This document shows positions 1 through 8,872 of a stretch of 52,533 nt of DNA, one piece after another (the first letter of the stretch is position 1; the number at the start of each line of letters is the position of its first letter). The translations under genes were made by a program, and so were the position numbers. The notes under the pieces are model-generated. The model was not told where the DNA came from and did no database searches. It worked only from the letters and a program-made list of their open reading frames with translations. The DNA is taken from the IMG/VR virus record IMGVR_UViG_2061766007_001347. One strand, given 5' to 3'. The DNA comes from an uncultured virus (IMG/VR IMGVR_UViG_2061766007_001347). Lineage: Duplodnaviria > Heunggongvirae > Uroviricota > Caudoviricetes.

Positions 1-22
1 TTCATACTTAATAATCCTATGC

Positions 23-61
23 AAAATAAAACCCAGCAATGAAATATACATCACTACTGGG
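23..61 (-). terminator. Probable intrinsic terminator
   Basis: Minus strand reads CCCAGTAGTGA-TGTATATT-TCATTGCTGGG (G-U pairs work on this strand), followed by TTTTATTTT, just downstream of the 94-aa ORF. Confidence 0.65.
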
Positions 62-90
62 CTAATGCTAAATCATATGATGTGTAAATA

Positions 91-375
91 TTAAAATTCT
101 TTCCCGTTCTCTCTATCTTCAAAGATAGAATTAAAGCGATCGTTAGCTTCTTTTGAGAACGAACTTTCGCATACTTTAAGTGCCATATTTACATCATTAT
201 AATTAGTAATGTCATTATATGCAAGTGTCTTACATAGATCATTTACAATCTGTCTAATACTATCAGCCGCTCTATATACAGCATTAGCAACTTCGTCAGT
301 AGCTTCATTTCTAATAGATTTACGATTCATCATTCTCTCAAGTCTTGCTATTCTTGCTTCTAATTTCTTATCCAT
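91..375 (-). CDS. Small hypothetical protein, candidate internal head protein with N-terminal propeptide
   Basis: 94-aa ORF with GAGGTG RBS. Starts MDKKLEARIARLERMMNRKSIRNEA, a motif shared with head-region proteins. Confidence 0.65.
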   Translation of the reverse strand: MDKKLEARIARLERMMNRKSIRNEATDEVANAVYRAADSIRQIVNDLCKTLAYNDITNYNDVNMALKVCESSFSKEANDRFNSIFEDRENGKEF

Positions 376-383
376 AATTCACC

Positions 384-1238
384 TCACAGTGTGTTTAATC
401 TTTCGATTTTTGACTTAAGGAAGTCACTAAGCTTTACTAATTGATATGTAGAATAGTATTCATCATTGATATTTGTTGTAAGATCATCATCAATAACGTT
501 CAGCTTCATAATGTCGAAATTGACACTGAATGACTTATGTGCCGCAACTAGTTTTTCTACCCACTTTTTCTCACTATCACTAAATTCCTTTGAGACTGAT
601 CTTAATTGATCTATAGTTGGACATTCGCCGTCATAACTAACTGAATGAGCTATTGCTGCCGCAAGCTTATGTGGGAACCTTGGAACCGGCGGTCTTAATG
701 TGTCACTAGCATCTCCAACTATAGCTCTATAAATTGGTAGTCTAATTGGATCTATTTCAAAGAACTTATCAGCGTACTCAAACTTATACGACTCTTCTGT
801 AACAACTCGATCACTGCCATTGTCTATTACGGTGTCTGGCTTCAAAGCCTGAAATATGTCTTTATCACCAGATAGGATCTTCTTCCTGCCATCAAGAGTA
901 CGCGATAGCGTGAAGAGAATCTCATCTGATTCATAGTTCATATTGTAGTATATGTTTATTCTATCATTATGAATCAGCCTAACAAATGATGATAAAGCCT
1001 CATAGACACTTCGCTCCCCATCTCGGCAACGATTACCCTTATAAGCTTCGCCAAGAAGACGCCTTCCTTTTGTGTTGCGCCCATCAAGAGCAAGATGAAC
1101 AATAGCATCTTTTCTAGCTAACAACTGCTCAATCTTCTTGCACAGAAAATGAATTTCTGGATATTCTTCCCAGATCTTTGAACAGCTGTAATAGCCACGA
1201 TAAAGAAGCCACGATGTATCGCATAAGTAGTGAATCAT
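384..1238 (-). CDS. 5'-3' exonuclease / T4 RNase H-like flap nuclease (PIN/FEN fold)
   Basis: Acidic motifs D(T)SWLLYRGYY, ALDG, YKGNR, YESDE, SGDKD and H3TH motif IVGDASD. Confidence 0.88.
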   Translation of the reverse strand: MIHYLCDTSWLLYRGYYSCSKIWEEYPEIHFLCKKIEQLLARKDAIVHLALDGRNTKGRRLLGEAYKGNRCRDGERSVYEALSSFVRLIHNDRINIYYNMNYESDEILFTLSRTLDGRKKILSGDKDIFQALKPDTVIDNGSDRVVTEESYKFEYADKFFEIDPIRLPIYRAIVGDASDTLRPPVPRFPHKLAAAIAHSVSYDGECPTIDQLRSVSKEFSDSEKKWVEKLVAAHKSFSVNFDIMKLNVIDDDLTTNINDEYYSTYQLVKLSDFLKSKIERLNTL

Positions 1239-1240
1239 AG

Positions 1241-1915
1241 TTATACCTCTATAACTGATGGGTCGTATGAAACTCTGTAGTCTTCATCTAGAATCGAAAC
1301 ATTCTTAATTTGAGCAATGTTTCCGTTATTTAATGACACTGGCGTCAGCGTGTGATCGCCAGTATGAATATGACCACAGATGTTTAGTAAGATATTCGAT
1401 CTAAGAATCTCATTTCTAAGATCTACTGAGCCAAATTCTCTATTAAACTGTCTAACAAAACCAACGCTTCCAAATCTTGGGGGCTGATGAGTTACTAATA
1501 TATCAGTGTCTTCATCAAACTCATATGTTTGATTATGCTCTTTTGAAAAAGCCCATCCTCTTGGAGACTCACTATTTGGATTTCCATAAAATTTCTTGCC
1601 ATCAATAACAACAGAATCATGGCACAAGTAATGAATCTTGTCTGTCATTTTATGACGTAATAAAATTTTAGCAAGATCTGATCTAAAGAATGCAAACGTA
1701 CAAGCTAAGTCATGATTTCCAGGTATAACCACAACATGATTAGTATTTAACGATTTCATCCATGGAATAAACTTTTTATCCCACCAATCTAGAATTGATG
1801 ATGGATCATGCTGACAATATAGTGGAGACCAGTCACCAGCAATAACTACAACATCACATGGCTCTGTGATTCTATTTAAGTTGCCGTGCTGGTCTGATAA
1901 TGCAACTATTTTCAT
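1241..1915 (-). CDS. Calcineurin-like metallophosphoesterase
   Basis: Motifs SDQHG, AGD, PGNHD, THQPP, GHIH. Start moved to MKIVALSD (ATG 1915), which has a GGAG RBS; the longer start lies inside the palindrome. Confidence 0.9.
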   Translation of the reverse strand: MKIVALSDQHGNLNRITEPCDVVVIAGDWSPLYCQHDPSSILDWWDKKFIPWMKSLNTNHVVVIPGNHDLACTFAFFRSDLAKILLRHKMTDKIHYLCHDSVVIDGKKFYGNPNSESPRGWAFSKEHNQTYEFDEDTDILVTHQPPRFGSVGFVRQFNREFGSVDLRNEILRSNILLNICGHIHTGDHTLTPVSLNNGNIAQIKNVSILDEDYRVSYDPSVIEV

Positions 1916-1941
1916 ATAAGCTCCGCTATGAACACAATAAA

Positions 1942-1973
1942 ATAAAAGGGTATGATATATCATACCCTTTTAT
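1942..1973. terminator. Perfect 32-bp palindrome, probable terminator after the tail tube gene
   Basis: ATAAAAGGGTATGATA|TATCATACCCTTTTAT, with T tracts available on both strands. Confidence 0.7.
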
Positions 1974-1999
1974 ATACACAGTACTTTAAGTAAAGATAA

Positions 2000-2575
2000 T
2001 TAGATACCAGTGTCTTCCCAGTAGCGGTCAACAGAAAGCTCTAGTGTAATTGTCTGACCATCGCCTGTTCCATCGAATGAGAACTCACTGCCCTGACCAA
2101 ATGATTTTGGCCAAATACCTTCCAAGTTCCATTTACGAATTAAACTGCAGTCTGGTGAGTACATATAAAGAACACCATTTGTTTTGTATGCACTAACTAA
2201 ACCCATGAGTTTATCTTTGCGGGAGAAGACTCTCTCAAACCACTGCTGCATAACATTGATCTGATCTCTACCAATAGTATCATGGACTGTAAGAGTAAGA
2301 TCATCAAATGTAGGAGACTTGGCAACTTTAACAACATCATTACCGTGACGAAGTTCTAGCTGCTCAGCGTTTACCTTTGGAGCAGAGATTGATTTTGTTG
2401 ATAAACGAATGTGTTCAGCAAGAACATCACCCTGACCACCGCTTAAACCTAATTTACCAAGATCTAGTACAACTTCAAAGTGATTAGTACGCTGTACTTC
2501 AAAGTTGCCAGACTCACTCGCAAAATGTGACGCATCTGTATAAAATTTACCGGCTAACTTATCTATTGCTGCCAT
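2000..2575 (-). CDS. Tail tube protein (T4 gp19-like)
   Basis: 191 aa with RTNHFEV, FDDLTLTVHD, QQWF, YKTNGVLYMYSPD, WNLEGIWP and LELSVD. Lies next to a sheath-like gene; GGAGG RBS. Confidence 0.85.
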   Translation of the reverse strand: MAAIDKLAGKFYTDASHFASESGNFEVQRTNHFEVVLDLGKLGLSGGQGDVLAEHIRLSTKSISAPKVNAEQLELRHGNDVVKVAKSPTFDDLTLTVHDTIGRDQINVMQQWFERVFSRKDKLMGLVSAYKTNGVLYMYSPDCSLIRKWNLEGIWPKSFGQGSEFSFDGTGDGQTITLELSVDRYWEDTGI

Positions 2576-2595
2576 ATTATGTCCTCCAAACTATG

Positions 2596-4299
2596 CTATA
2601 TAGTAAAATCCAAATTGATACTTTCGAGCGCTCTAGTAAAGACCAGTCTGACATTGATAGTCACAGTCTGGTACTCAGTAGTATAGTCTATATTATAAAT
2701 AGATAAAATGCCAGACTCAACATACGGGTCAAGAATATGAGTTCGAATAAAGCTCAAGCAATTCTGAATGTTATAGTGTGTATTTAGCACAAACTTTCTA
2801 GTACCTAAATACTCATGAATCAATCTTCGTAGTCTAACGAAATTTCTACCGATATGACTATATCTTAAATTTGGTAGTAGTGAAAGTGTTCTATTACCAT
2901 ATATAGTCGGCTTATTAGAATCAAATGAGACCAATGAATTGCATCTCAAATCCTGCAATGCACTCGCAGTCTGCTCATTCACTACAAACTTAATGTTATT
3001 ATTTGATATATTCATCCCGTCAAGAGGATTAGCGGCATAGACTTTTGAATTGTGAACTATATTATAAAAAGCAAAAGCCGCAAGAGCAAAATGAATTCTA
3101 TATGGATTGTGAGCTATAGATGAATCAACTACATAATCAGATATAGCACCATAGTACAAATCACAGTTGTAGTTTTCAGGCAAAGATTCATATAGCTTTC
3201 CACCAAGAAAGTCAACTACCGAAGACGATGACATATCTGGAGTGTTTATGTAACAGTATGTGTAGCACTCATTTGGAAATAAAGATAATAATGAACTCTG
3301 AACATAGATATAAGAATCATAGCTAAGATCATCTAGAACTGATCTAACAATTAGGCCATCATTATTTCGCACTGTAACTGATTTATACAGCCTACTCAAT
3401 AAAAGATGGTGTGGCTCAGGCTTCTTATCACTAAGAACCTCTATAGCATCAATGTACTTCTGAATTACTTTTTCTTCTTCATCAAAGTCATACACATACA
3501 TATCACTGTGGATATTATACCAATAGTGCTCACTATTTGTGTTGCGCTCTACTCTGTCTTGATCATACGGAAGATTATGAGACTCTTTGTAAGTGTCGTA
3601 TGAGTTGTAATAAATAACCAGCTGCTTCTGAGACTTTAACTCATCAATAAATGATGTCGACTTGGTTGGATCTGTATTTATTAGCTGTAACTCCAAGCCA
3701 TCATTGAGCAATGTAGATACAATCAGCTCATCTGTTGCTTTTGATGTATCAAACACGTAATGTAATGTCTTATATAGAGATGCTTTACTAAGTGTTCGTA
3801 ATGCACTAGCACTCTGAATCATTGATCTATTTAACATATAAAGATCAACGTACAGATCAAGTCTATTTATTGCATACTTAAATCTAATGATCGGTTGACA
3901 AAATTTAATGCTAGACTTTAGCTTGTAGCCTATTGTATCAAACCCACTATTATTTACAAATGAAAATTCTGTGTAGCCATTATAGGCGGTTCTAAAGTCG
4001 TCACCATTGTGCTCAAGCATATCACCGTCAATAGCTGATATGTAAACATAATTTCCATGCTGAACTAGGTGATATGCAAGAATAAGATCGCTGTATTTAG
4101 TCGGGTCTACAAATGGATCACCATAATAGTTAACAAGGGCTTCAACAGAATTTACTAAACTACATCTATGATCGACTAGAACTTCATTACCATCTTCATC
4201 TACATATGAATACAAATCTATCTTTGGCGTCATACAGACTATGGCGCCTATATTAGCATAGCTAGAATTTATTCTATCTTCAATAGACGGATTTATCAT
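2596..4299 (-). CDS. Tail sheath-like protein (divergent gp18-like)
   Basis: C-terminal IYGNRTLS...LRYSHIGRNFVRLRRLI...KFVLN...GILSIYNI...ESINLDFTI resembles the sheath C-terminal domain. N-terminal YYGDP. Immediately upstream of the tube gene. Confidence 0.7.
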   Translation of the reverse strand: MINPSIEDRINSSYANIGAIVCMTPKIDLYSYVDEDGNEVLVDHRCSLVNSVEALVNYYGDPFVDPTKYSDLILAYHLVQHGNYVYISAIDGDMLEHNGDDFRTAYNGYTEFSFVNNSGFDTIGYKLKSSIKFCQPIIRFKYAINRLDLYVDLYMLNRSMIQSASALRTLSKASLYKTLHYVFDTSKATDELIVSTLLNDGLELQLINTDPTKSTSFIDELKSQKQLVIYYNSYDTYKESHNLPYDQDRVERNTNSEHYWYNIHSDMYVYDFDEEEKVIQKYIDAIEVLSDKKPEPHHLLLSRLYKSVTVRNNDGLIVRSVLDDLSYDSYIYVQSSLLSLFPNECYTYCYINTPDMSSSSVVDFLGGKLYESLPENYNCDLYYGAISDYVVDSSIAHNPYRIHFALAAFAFYNIVHNSKVYAANPLDGMNISNNNIKFVVNEQTASALQDLRCNSLVSFDSNKPTIYGNRTLSLLPNLRYSHIGRNFVRLRRLIHEYLGTRKFVLNTHYNIQNCLSFIRTHILDPYVESGILSIYNIDYTTEYQTVTINVRLVFTRALESINLDFTI

Positions 4300-5030
4300 G
4301 AGTTCTTATCCCACTTATCATTCCATGTAAATTCACCAATTACATTCTCAGTATCTACACTGTCAGCATGAGTTGTAAAGCTAATGTGCTCAACAGCTTT
4401 CTGTTTATACTTACGATAAATATAAGCATTCAATTTAACAGTTATCGTAGCACGATACAACGCATTCCCAGAATCGAAGTTGTCTATATCTGAAACGTCT
4501 TCAACTTCTTCAACTATAAGATGGCAAGCTTGCTCTTTTACAAGCTTATCCTGAGTCCCATCAGACTTTATGTTATAAAATCCAAGATAAGGAACTCTAA
4601 AGAGATTCTCCTGAAGCTCAATCATAATTGTATCAAAGTTATCTCTTTCAAATGAAATGACATCTATATAGTAGGTTAAATCGAATGTTGAGTTAACAAC
4701 TGACACTGCATCCTTATGGCCTGAATCAATAATTGTTTGATATAACTCAGGGTCCATGTTAGCAAGATGATTTAACTTATCTGGAGAATTACCAGTTAAA
4801 TATGTCTGACCTGATTTTGCTCTTGACCATGAATTATACTCTTTTGAAAATATCGGGCACAAGGTTCTACGAACAGTGATTAGCGGGAACTCAATGTCTT
4901 TTCCATCAAGAAGCTTCCTATCACGTATCTCTTTAATAGGAATAGTTGGCCTCATAATGAAATGAGTATTGTCAAAGTAGTGCTTGACTCTTTCTGTAAG
5001 AGCAATATCATAGTCACGACAATCTAACAT
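4296..5030 (-). CDS. Probable tail terminator / tail completion protein (gp15-like)
   Basis: IEFPLITVRR and FDLTYYIDVIS...DTIMIELQ resemble terminator-fold motifs. Position between neck and sheath genes. Confidence 0.55.
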   Translation of the reverse strand: MLDCRDYDIALTERVKHYFDNTHFIMRPTIPIKEIRDRKLLDGKDIEFPLITVRRTLCPIFSKEYNSWSRAKSGQTYLTGNSPDKLNHLANMDPELYQTIIDSGHKDAVSVVNSTFDLTYYIDVISFERDNFDTIMIELQENLFRVPYLGFYNIKSDGTQDKLVKEQACHLIVEEVEDVSDIDNFDSGNALYRATITVKLNAYIYRKYKQKAVEHISFTTHADSVDTENVIGEFTWNDKWDKNS

Positions 5031-5503
5031 TACTCTATCTCCTCGTGATCAGTTCTCAGATAATTTGTCTTCATCTGAGATTCTTCTCTAGGTCTGTTCT
5101 GCTCTTCTTTATATGTAATGAGCTTCAAAGCATAACTCATATGAAGAAGATATTGACTTGAAACCTCTCTAATCTGATAGACATCGCCATTTGCAAGTTT
5201 AATCACGCTAAACTCATGAATGTTGAATTTCTTACCACAATACTCAAGAGGCGCTAGTGCGACAATAGCTTCACGATCCGCATCTATTGTAGACCATCTC
5301 AAGTTAGCTAGTAGACGTGTATCAACATACTCCTGTAGAAGAATTTTATACGGAATTCCCTTATCTAAGATTCTATCATCTAGATACATATTCTGACTAT
5401 GAACATCATAAATAGTACAGTCAATGCCAAATAGCTTAAATGCTTCTGCAATGAATTGAGTGTATAAACACTTTTCTTTGTCACTATATAGTAAGCTTGT
5501 CAT
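5030..5503 (-). CDS. Probable head closure / neck protein (gp14-like)
   Basis: EAFKLFGIDCTIY resembles the gp14 N-terminus; YQIREV. Gene context supports the call. Confidence 0.55.
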   Translation of the reverse strand: MTSLLYSDKEKCLYTQFIAEAFKLFGIDCTIYDVHSQNMYLDDRILDKGIPYKILLQEYVDTRLLANLRWSTIDADREAIVALAPLEYCGKKFNIHEFSVIKLANGDVYQIREVSSQYLLHMSYALKLITYKEEQNRPREESQMKTNYLRTDHEEIE

Positions 5504-5506
5504 AAT

Positions 5507-5893
5507 TTATCTCACATAAGTGGATTTCTTTTCTCTTGATAGCTTTCTCTGCTGAATTGAGTTTGTCTGCCTTTTGTACTCAAGATAAAGTCTTCGAACA
5601 AGATTATTTGTGATCTTCATCTCTTCATACCAGAATCTCTGACTAAGATCATAAACTGCATGATTGATTAGATTCATATTGTTAAATTGAATAACTCTAC
5701 CATTAAGAATCAAAGACTCAAGAATGTCCTCCGGTGTAAAATAATTTCTGCTGTCATCCAAATAATATCTACGATCTTCATTCTTTATCATCGATATATG
5801 CTTTTTAAGTCGATGCTTAAGATACTGTAGTAAATATTCATTGAATTGAGAATCATCATACGGCGACAAAATTGATTTCATATAGTTACACAA
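5507..5893 (-). CDS. Hypothetical protein
   Basis: 128-aa ORF tightly packed in the operon. Start uncertain (TTG 5893 or ATG 5881). Confidence 0.6.
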   Translation of the reverse strand: MCNYMKSILSPYDDSQFNEYLLQYLKHRLKKHISMIKNEDRRYYLDDSRNYFTPEDILESLILNGRVIQFNNMNLINHAVYDLSQRFWYEEMKITNNLVRRLYLEYKRQTNSIQQRKLSREKKSTYVR

Positions 5894-5910
5894 TACTCCA
5901 AATACAAAAC

Positions 5911-5952
5911 AAGGGGCGATGTCTAATATATAGATATTAGAACACTGCCCCT
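5911..5952 (-). terminator. Imperfect hairpin, possible terminator
   Basis: AGGGGC...CTAATAT ATAG ATATTAG...GCCCCT, followed on the minus strand by TTGTTTTG. Confidence 0.5.
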
Positions 5953-5970
5953 AAATTAAGTTAGATAAGA

Positions 5971-6516
5971 TTAGCGGGTAAATTTCTTACAAGCTTTACG
6001 ACGACGTGATTCTGTAAAACGGCGCTCAAGAGCTGCTAATCTATCTTCTAGTGAAGGCTGATATGATTCTTCAGCTGCAGGCTCCTCTTCTTCGGCAGCT
6101 TCTTCTTCACCGCCCTCTTCAGGAGCTTCTTCACCGCCTTCTTCAGCTGGAACTTCTTCATCAGCTGGAGCCTCTTCTTCACCACCTTCTTCAGGCTGCT
6201 CATCAACGATTGCGAGAGCTTTTTCAAATCGTGAAATAATATCCTCTAGACGAGCAAGTAAGAGATCTGACTCAGAAGTATCATTCTCAGTAGCAGCATC
6301 CTCTTCTTCGTTTTTAACTGTAAGAGATTCATTCACTACGTTCTGATCTTCAACTTCTTTTACTTCAGCTTCATTTGTAACTTCAGCTTCAACTTCTTTT
6401 ACTTCAGCCTCATTTTTAACTTCAGCTTCAGCCTTAACCTCAGACTCATTCTTCACTTCTTCAGGATTCTCACGAAGTTTGCGCATAATGGATTTAATTT
6501 CATTTGTTCTCAACAT
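5971..6516 (-). CDS. Acidic scaffold / prohead core-like protein
   Basis: Very Glu-rich, with repeated V(K/T/V)NE(S/A) sites and C-terminal LEDRLAALERRFTESRRRK. Confidence 0.6.
   Translation of the reverse strand: MLRTNEIKSIMRKLRENPEEVKNESEVKAEAEVKNEAEVKEVEAEVTNEAEVKEVEDQNVVNESLTVKNEEEDAATENDTSESDLLLARLEDIISRFEKALAIVDEQPEEGGEEEAPADEEVPAEEGGEEAPEEGGEEEAAEEEEPAAEESYQPSLEDRLAALERRFTESRRRKACKKFTR
6348..6425. repeat. Two-copy 39-bp in-frame tandem repeat
   Basis: CTTCAACTTCTTTTACTTCAGC(T/C)TCATTT(G/T)TAACTTCAG twice, encoding the EV(K/T)NEAEVKEVE unit. Confidence 0.85.
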
Positions 6517-6545
6517 AATCTTTCACCCTTATATAAGAAAGTAAA

Positions 6546-7199
6546 TTATCTAGTAGCGTAAAATAGCCCAATAGTAGTACCAAGCTTTTCTTCCAAAGCA
6601 GCTTTCTCTGTGATGCCTTCTTGCTTCAATTCAGAGCCATTAGTCTCAATTGGAGATCCGGTGATCTTTACTTTTGATCGTATTTCACCCTCTATGCACT
6701 TTACTAAAGCAACTGTATAATCTACCACCCAGTTAACAAAGTCCTCTGTCATGGTGTCTATAGACTTATCTGTAATTGCTTCTATAGTCCATGGAGAATT
6801 ACCACCGTCTATATAGACAGTATCTCCAACTAGACGGAAACCTACTTGATTCAAGTCAGTCTGAACTGAATCTGTATAGTAGTTCCATAAGGCGCAATTG
6901 ACAAGAGAATTGCTACCATTTATTACATAAAAGCCTTGATTGATCGCTTTATCAATATTGATATTCTCATCAGTTTCTGATGAGGATGTAACTCTAACAA
7001 CAGCAAAGATTCTATTATGGTCGAACTTTGTGGTCTTAGTGTACGTTGTAATAAGTTCCATATTATTAAGATATGGAACTATCTTACGTACAGCTGTTGT
7101 TATTTGCTTATTTATCATCTCATCGGTGATAGCTAAATCTATTACCGGGTAACCAAGTCTAATCTTTACAGTCTCTAGAATATCACATCTATTAAGCAT
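6546..7199 (-). CDS. Neck / head-tail adaptor protein (gp13-like)
   Basis: IRLGYPVIDLAITDEMI at the N-terminus and WVVDYTVALVKCIEGEIRSKV...NGSELKQEG...LEEKL are typical of T4 gp13-like proteins. Confidence 0.78.
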   Translation of the reverse strand: MLNRCDILETVKIRLGYPVIDLAITDEMINKQITTAVRKIVPYLNNMELITTYTKTTKFDHNRIFAVVRVTSSSETDENINIDKAINQGFYVINGSNSLVNCALWNYYTDSVQTDLNQVGFRLVGDTVYIDGGNSPWTIEAITDKSIDTMTEDFVNWVVDYTVALVKCIEGEIRSKVKITGSPIETNGSELKQEGITEKAALEEKLGTTIGLFYATR

Positions 7200-7731
7200 T
7201 TGAACGATGTTCCTGTAAGAATGCGATTACTTCATCTTTCTTTAGTTTGCAAGTTTCACCAGTGATTTCTTTGTACTCAGCTTTTAACTGCTTTAGTGTC
7301 CAAGTTGAATAATCAACTTCTTCTTTAACAGGTTCTTCAGCAGGTGCTTCTTCGGAGGCGGCCTCTTCAGCTGTCTCTTCTACTGGAGCTTCTTCATGAC
7401 TCTCTTCAGCTGGCTCATCTTTAACTTCTTCAGCACGAGCTTCTTCTCTAACAGGCTCTTCAACTTGAGCTGGTTTATCTTTAGCAACTGGCTTTTCTTC
7501 AACTACCGGTTTATTTTCAACAACCGGCTTTGAAGCTTCTTTGACTGGAGCTGGAGCATCTTCTTTTTTATTCTCAATTGGTTTAATGCCTAATGCTTTT
7601 GCTAATGAAATGTAGTCATTATATTCAAGGTCTAACACGTTTGAGCCAGGCTTAAGAACATATGTCTTACCATTCACCGCATAAACTGTAGTTGGCTTTT
7701 TTGAATTAAGTTTTAGTTTTAATTGAATCAT
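7192..7731 (-). CDS. Hypothetical head-region protein with acidic linker and C-terminal Rho-N/HeH-like domain
   Basis: C-terminus DYSTWTLKQLKAEYKEITGETCKLKKDEVIAFLQ; E/P/A/K-rich linker. Confidence 0.6.
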   Translation of the reverse strand: MIQLKLKLNSKKPTTVYAVNGKTYVLKPGSNVLDLEYNDYISLAKALGIKPIENKKEDAPAPVKEASKPVVENKPVVEEKPVAKDKPAQVEEPVREEARAEEVKDEPAEESHEEAPVEETAEEAASEEAPAEEPVKEEVDYSTWTLKQLKAEYKEITGETCKLKKDEVIAFLQEHRSNA

Positions 7732-7746
7732 AATGAACAGCTCCTA

Positions 7747-8712
7747 TTAGTAAAGTCTCTTAAGTTTACGACTTATATATAAGCTCTCTAGCTGAGCAAG
7801 TCTCTTTTCAAGATCATCAAGATATTCTTCCTGATCATCTGCTTCTACTGGTGCTTCATAAGCATCAGACTTATCGCTTTCAAGATTTCCAGCAACTACA
7901 TCCTTTAGTTGATCTATTTCTTTCTGAGCTTCTCTATTATCAATCACTTCTTTTGCAGCGTCTACATCAATGCAAAGCTCATCTTCAATCTCTTCATCAG
8001 ACTGTAAAAGTCCAACTTTAGCTGAGATACCTTTAGCGAGATCAACCACAACGCAGTCATCGACCAAAGAAATAACAGCCATTAGATTATTGTCATCATC
8101 ATAGCATTCAACTACAGAATCATCAAACTCTTCATTCTTAGCTGATTTCCATCCATAATGGCTATTAAGGATGCTCTCAATCTTTCTAAGAATGGTTGCT
8201 CTGTTTTCTCTAATAGATTCCATTGTTGGACGCGTACCAGTCTCTATAGCGTCATTTAATTCATCAAGTTTATCATCAAACATTCTGCCACTCTCCGTTG
8301 CTTTACTATTTATATAGTCAATGAGGGCATTCTCTGCTTCTTTATCTGAAGAAAAACCCTTCGACTTAATTAGAAATCTATCTGAAATTCTGTTATTGAG
8401 CTCATATTGAACAAGCTTATTGGCAAGCTTGTTGAAATCACTAGCAGATTTCACATTCTTAGTGCTCTCTTTATCTTGTTCATCTTTACTTAGTATATCT
8501 GTGATGTCTATATTGTCATTAAATAAGAGCAACTCTAGTGAAATGGATGCCTCATTAAATGTTGGAGTAACCTCTATAGATAATTCACCAGAATTACTAA
8601 ATCTAGTTGGACAAGATACTGATAATGTGTTCTTATTGATTAGCTTAGCTGGGAACAGATCTGAGTTGCTAATCGAAGATTCCCATATCTTTTTCCAATC
8701 TATATCTGACAT
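7747..8712 (-). CDS. Acidic hypothetical protein, candidate prohead core/internal protein
   Basis: 321 aa, D/E-rich, ending LEKRLAQLESLYISRKLKRLY. Directly downstream of the major capsid gene. Confidence 0.55.
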   Translation of the reverse strand: MSDIDWKKIWESSISNSDLFPAKLINKNTLSVSCPTRFSNSGELSIEVTPTFNEASISLELLLFNDNIDITDILSKDEQDKESTKNVKSASDFNKLANKLVQYELNNRISDRFLIKSKGFSSDKEAENALIDYINSKATESGRMFDDKLDELNDAIETGTRPTMESIRENRATILRKIESILNSHYGWKSAKNEEFDDSVVECYDDDNNLMAVISLVDDCVVVDLAKGISAKVGLLQSDEEIEDELCIDVDAAKEVIDNREAQKEIDQLKDVVAGNLESDKSDAYEAPVEADDQEEYLDDLEKRLAQLESLYISRKLKRLY

Positions 8713-8743
8713 AATAGTCTCCGGTTAAATATCGCATAACTTA

Positions 8744-8759
8744 CTATAAATTATAGATA
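8744..8759 (-). promoter_or_regulatory. Candidate phage promoter motif TATCTATAATTTATAG
   Basis: Intergenic copy of a motif repeated upstream of several structural genes. Confidence 0.55.
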
Positions 8760-8817
8760 TTACAACTTTTGTGATCTCATACTAATACACAGCACTACGC
8801 TTACGTTATGTATACAC

Positions 8818-8851
8818 AAAAAATCCCTGGTGTAAAACCAGGGATTTTTTT
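8818..8851 (-). terminator. Intrinsic (bidirectional-type) terminator after major capsid gene
   Basis: AAAAAATCCCTGG-TGTAAAA-CCAGGGATTTTTT. Confidence 0.85.
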
Positions 8852-8872
8852 GACTAGCGAACTAGCTTAAGA

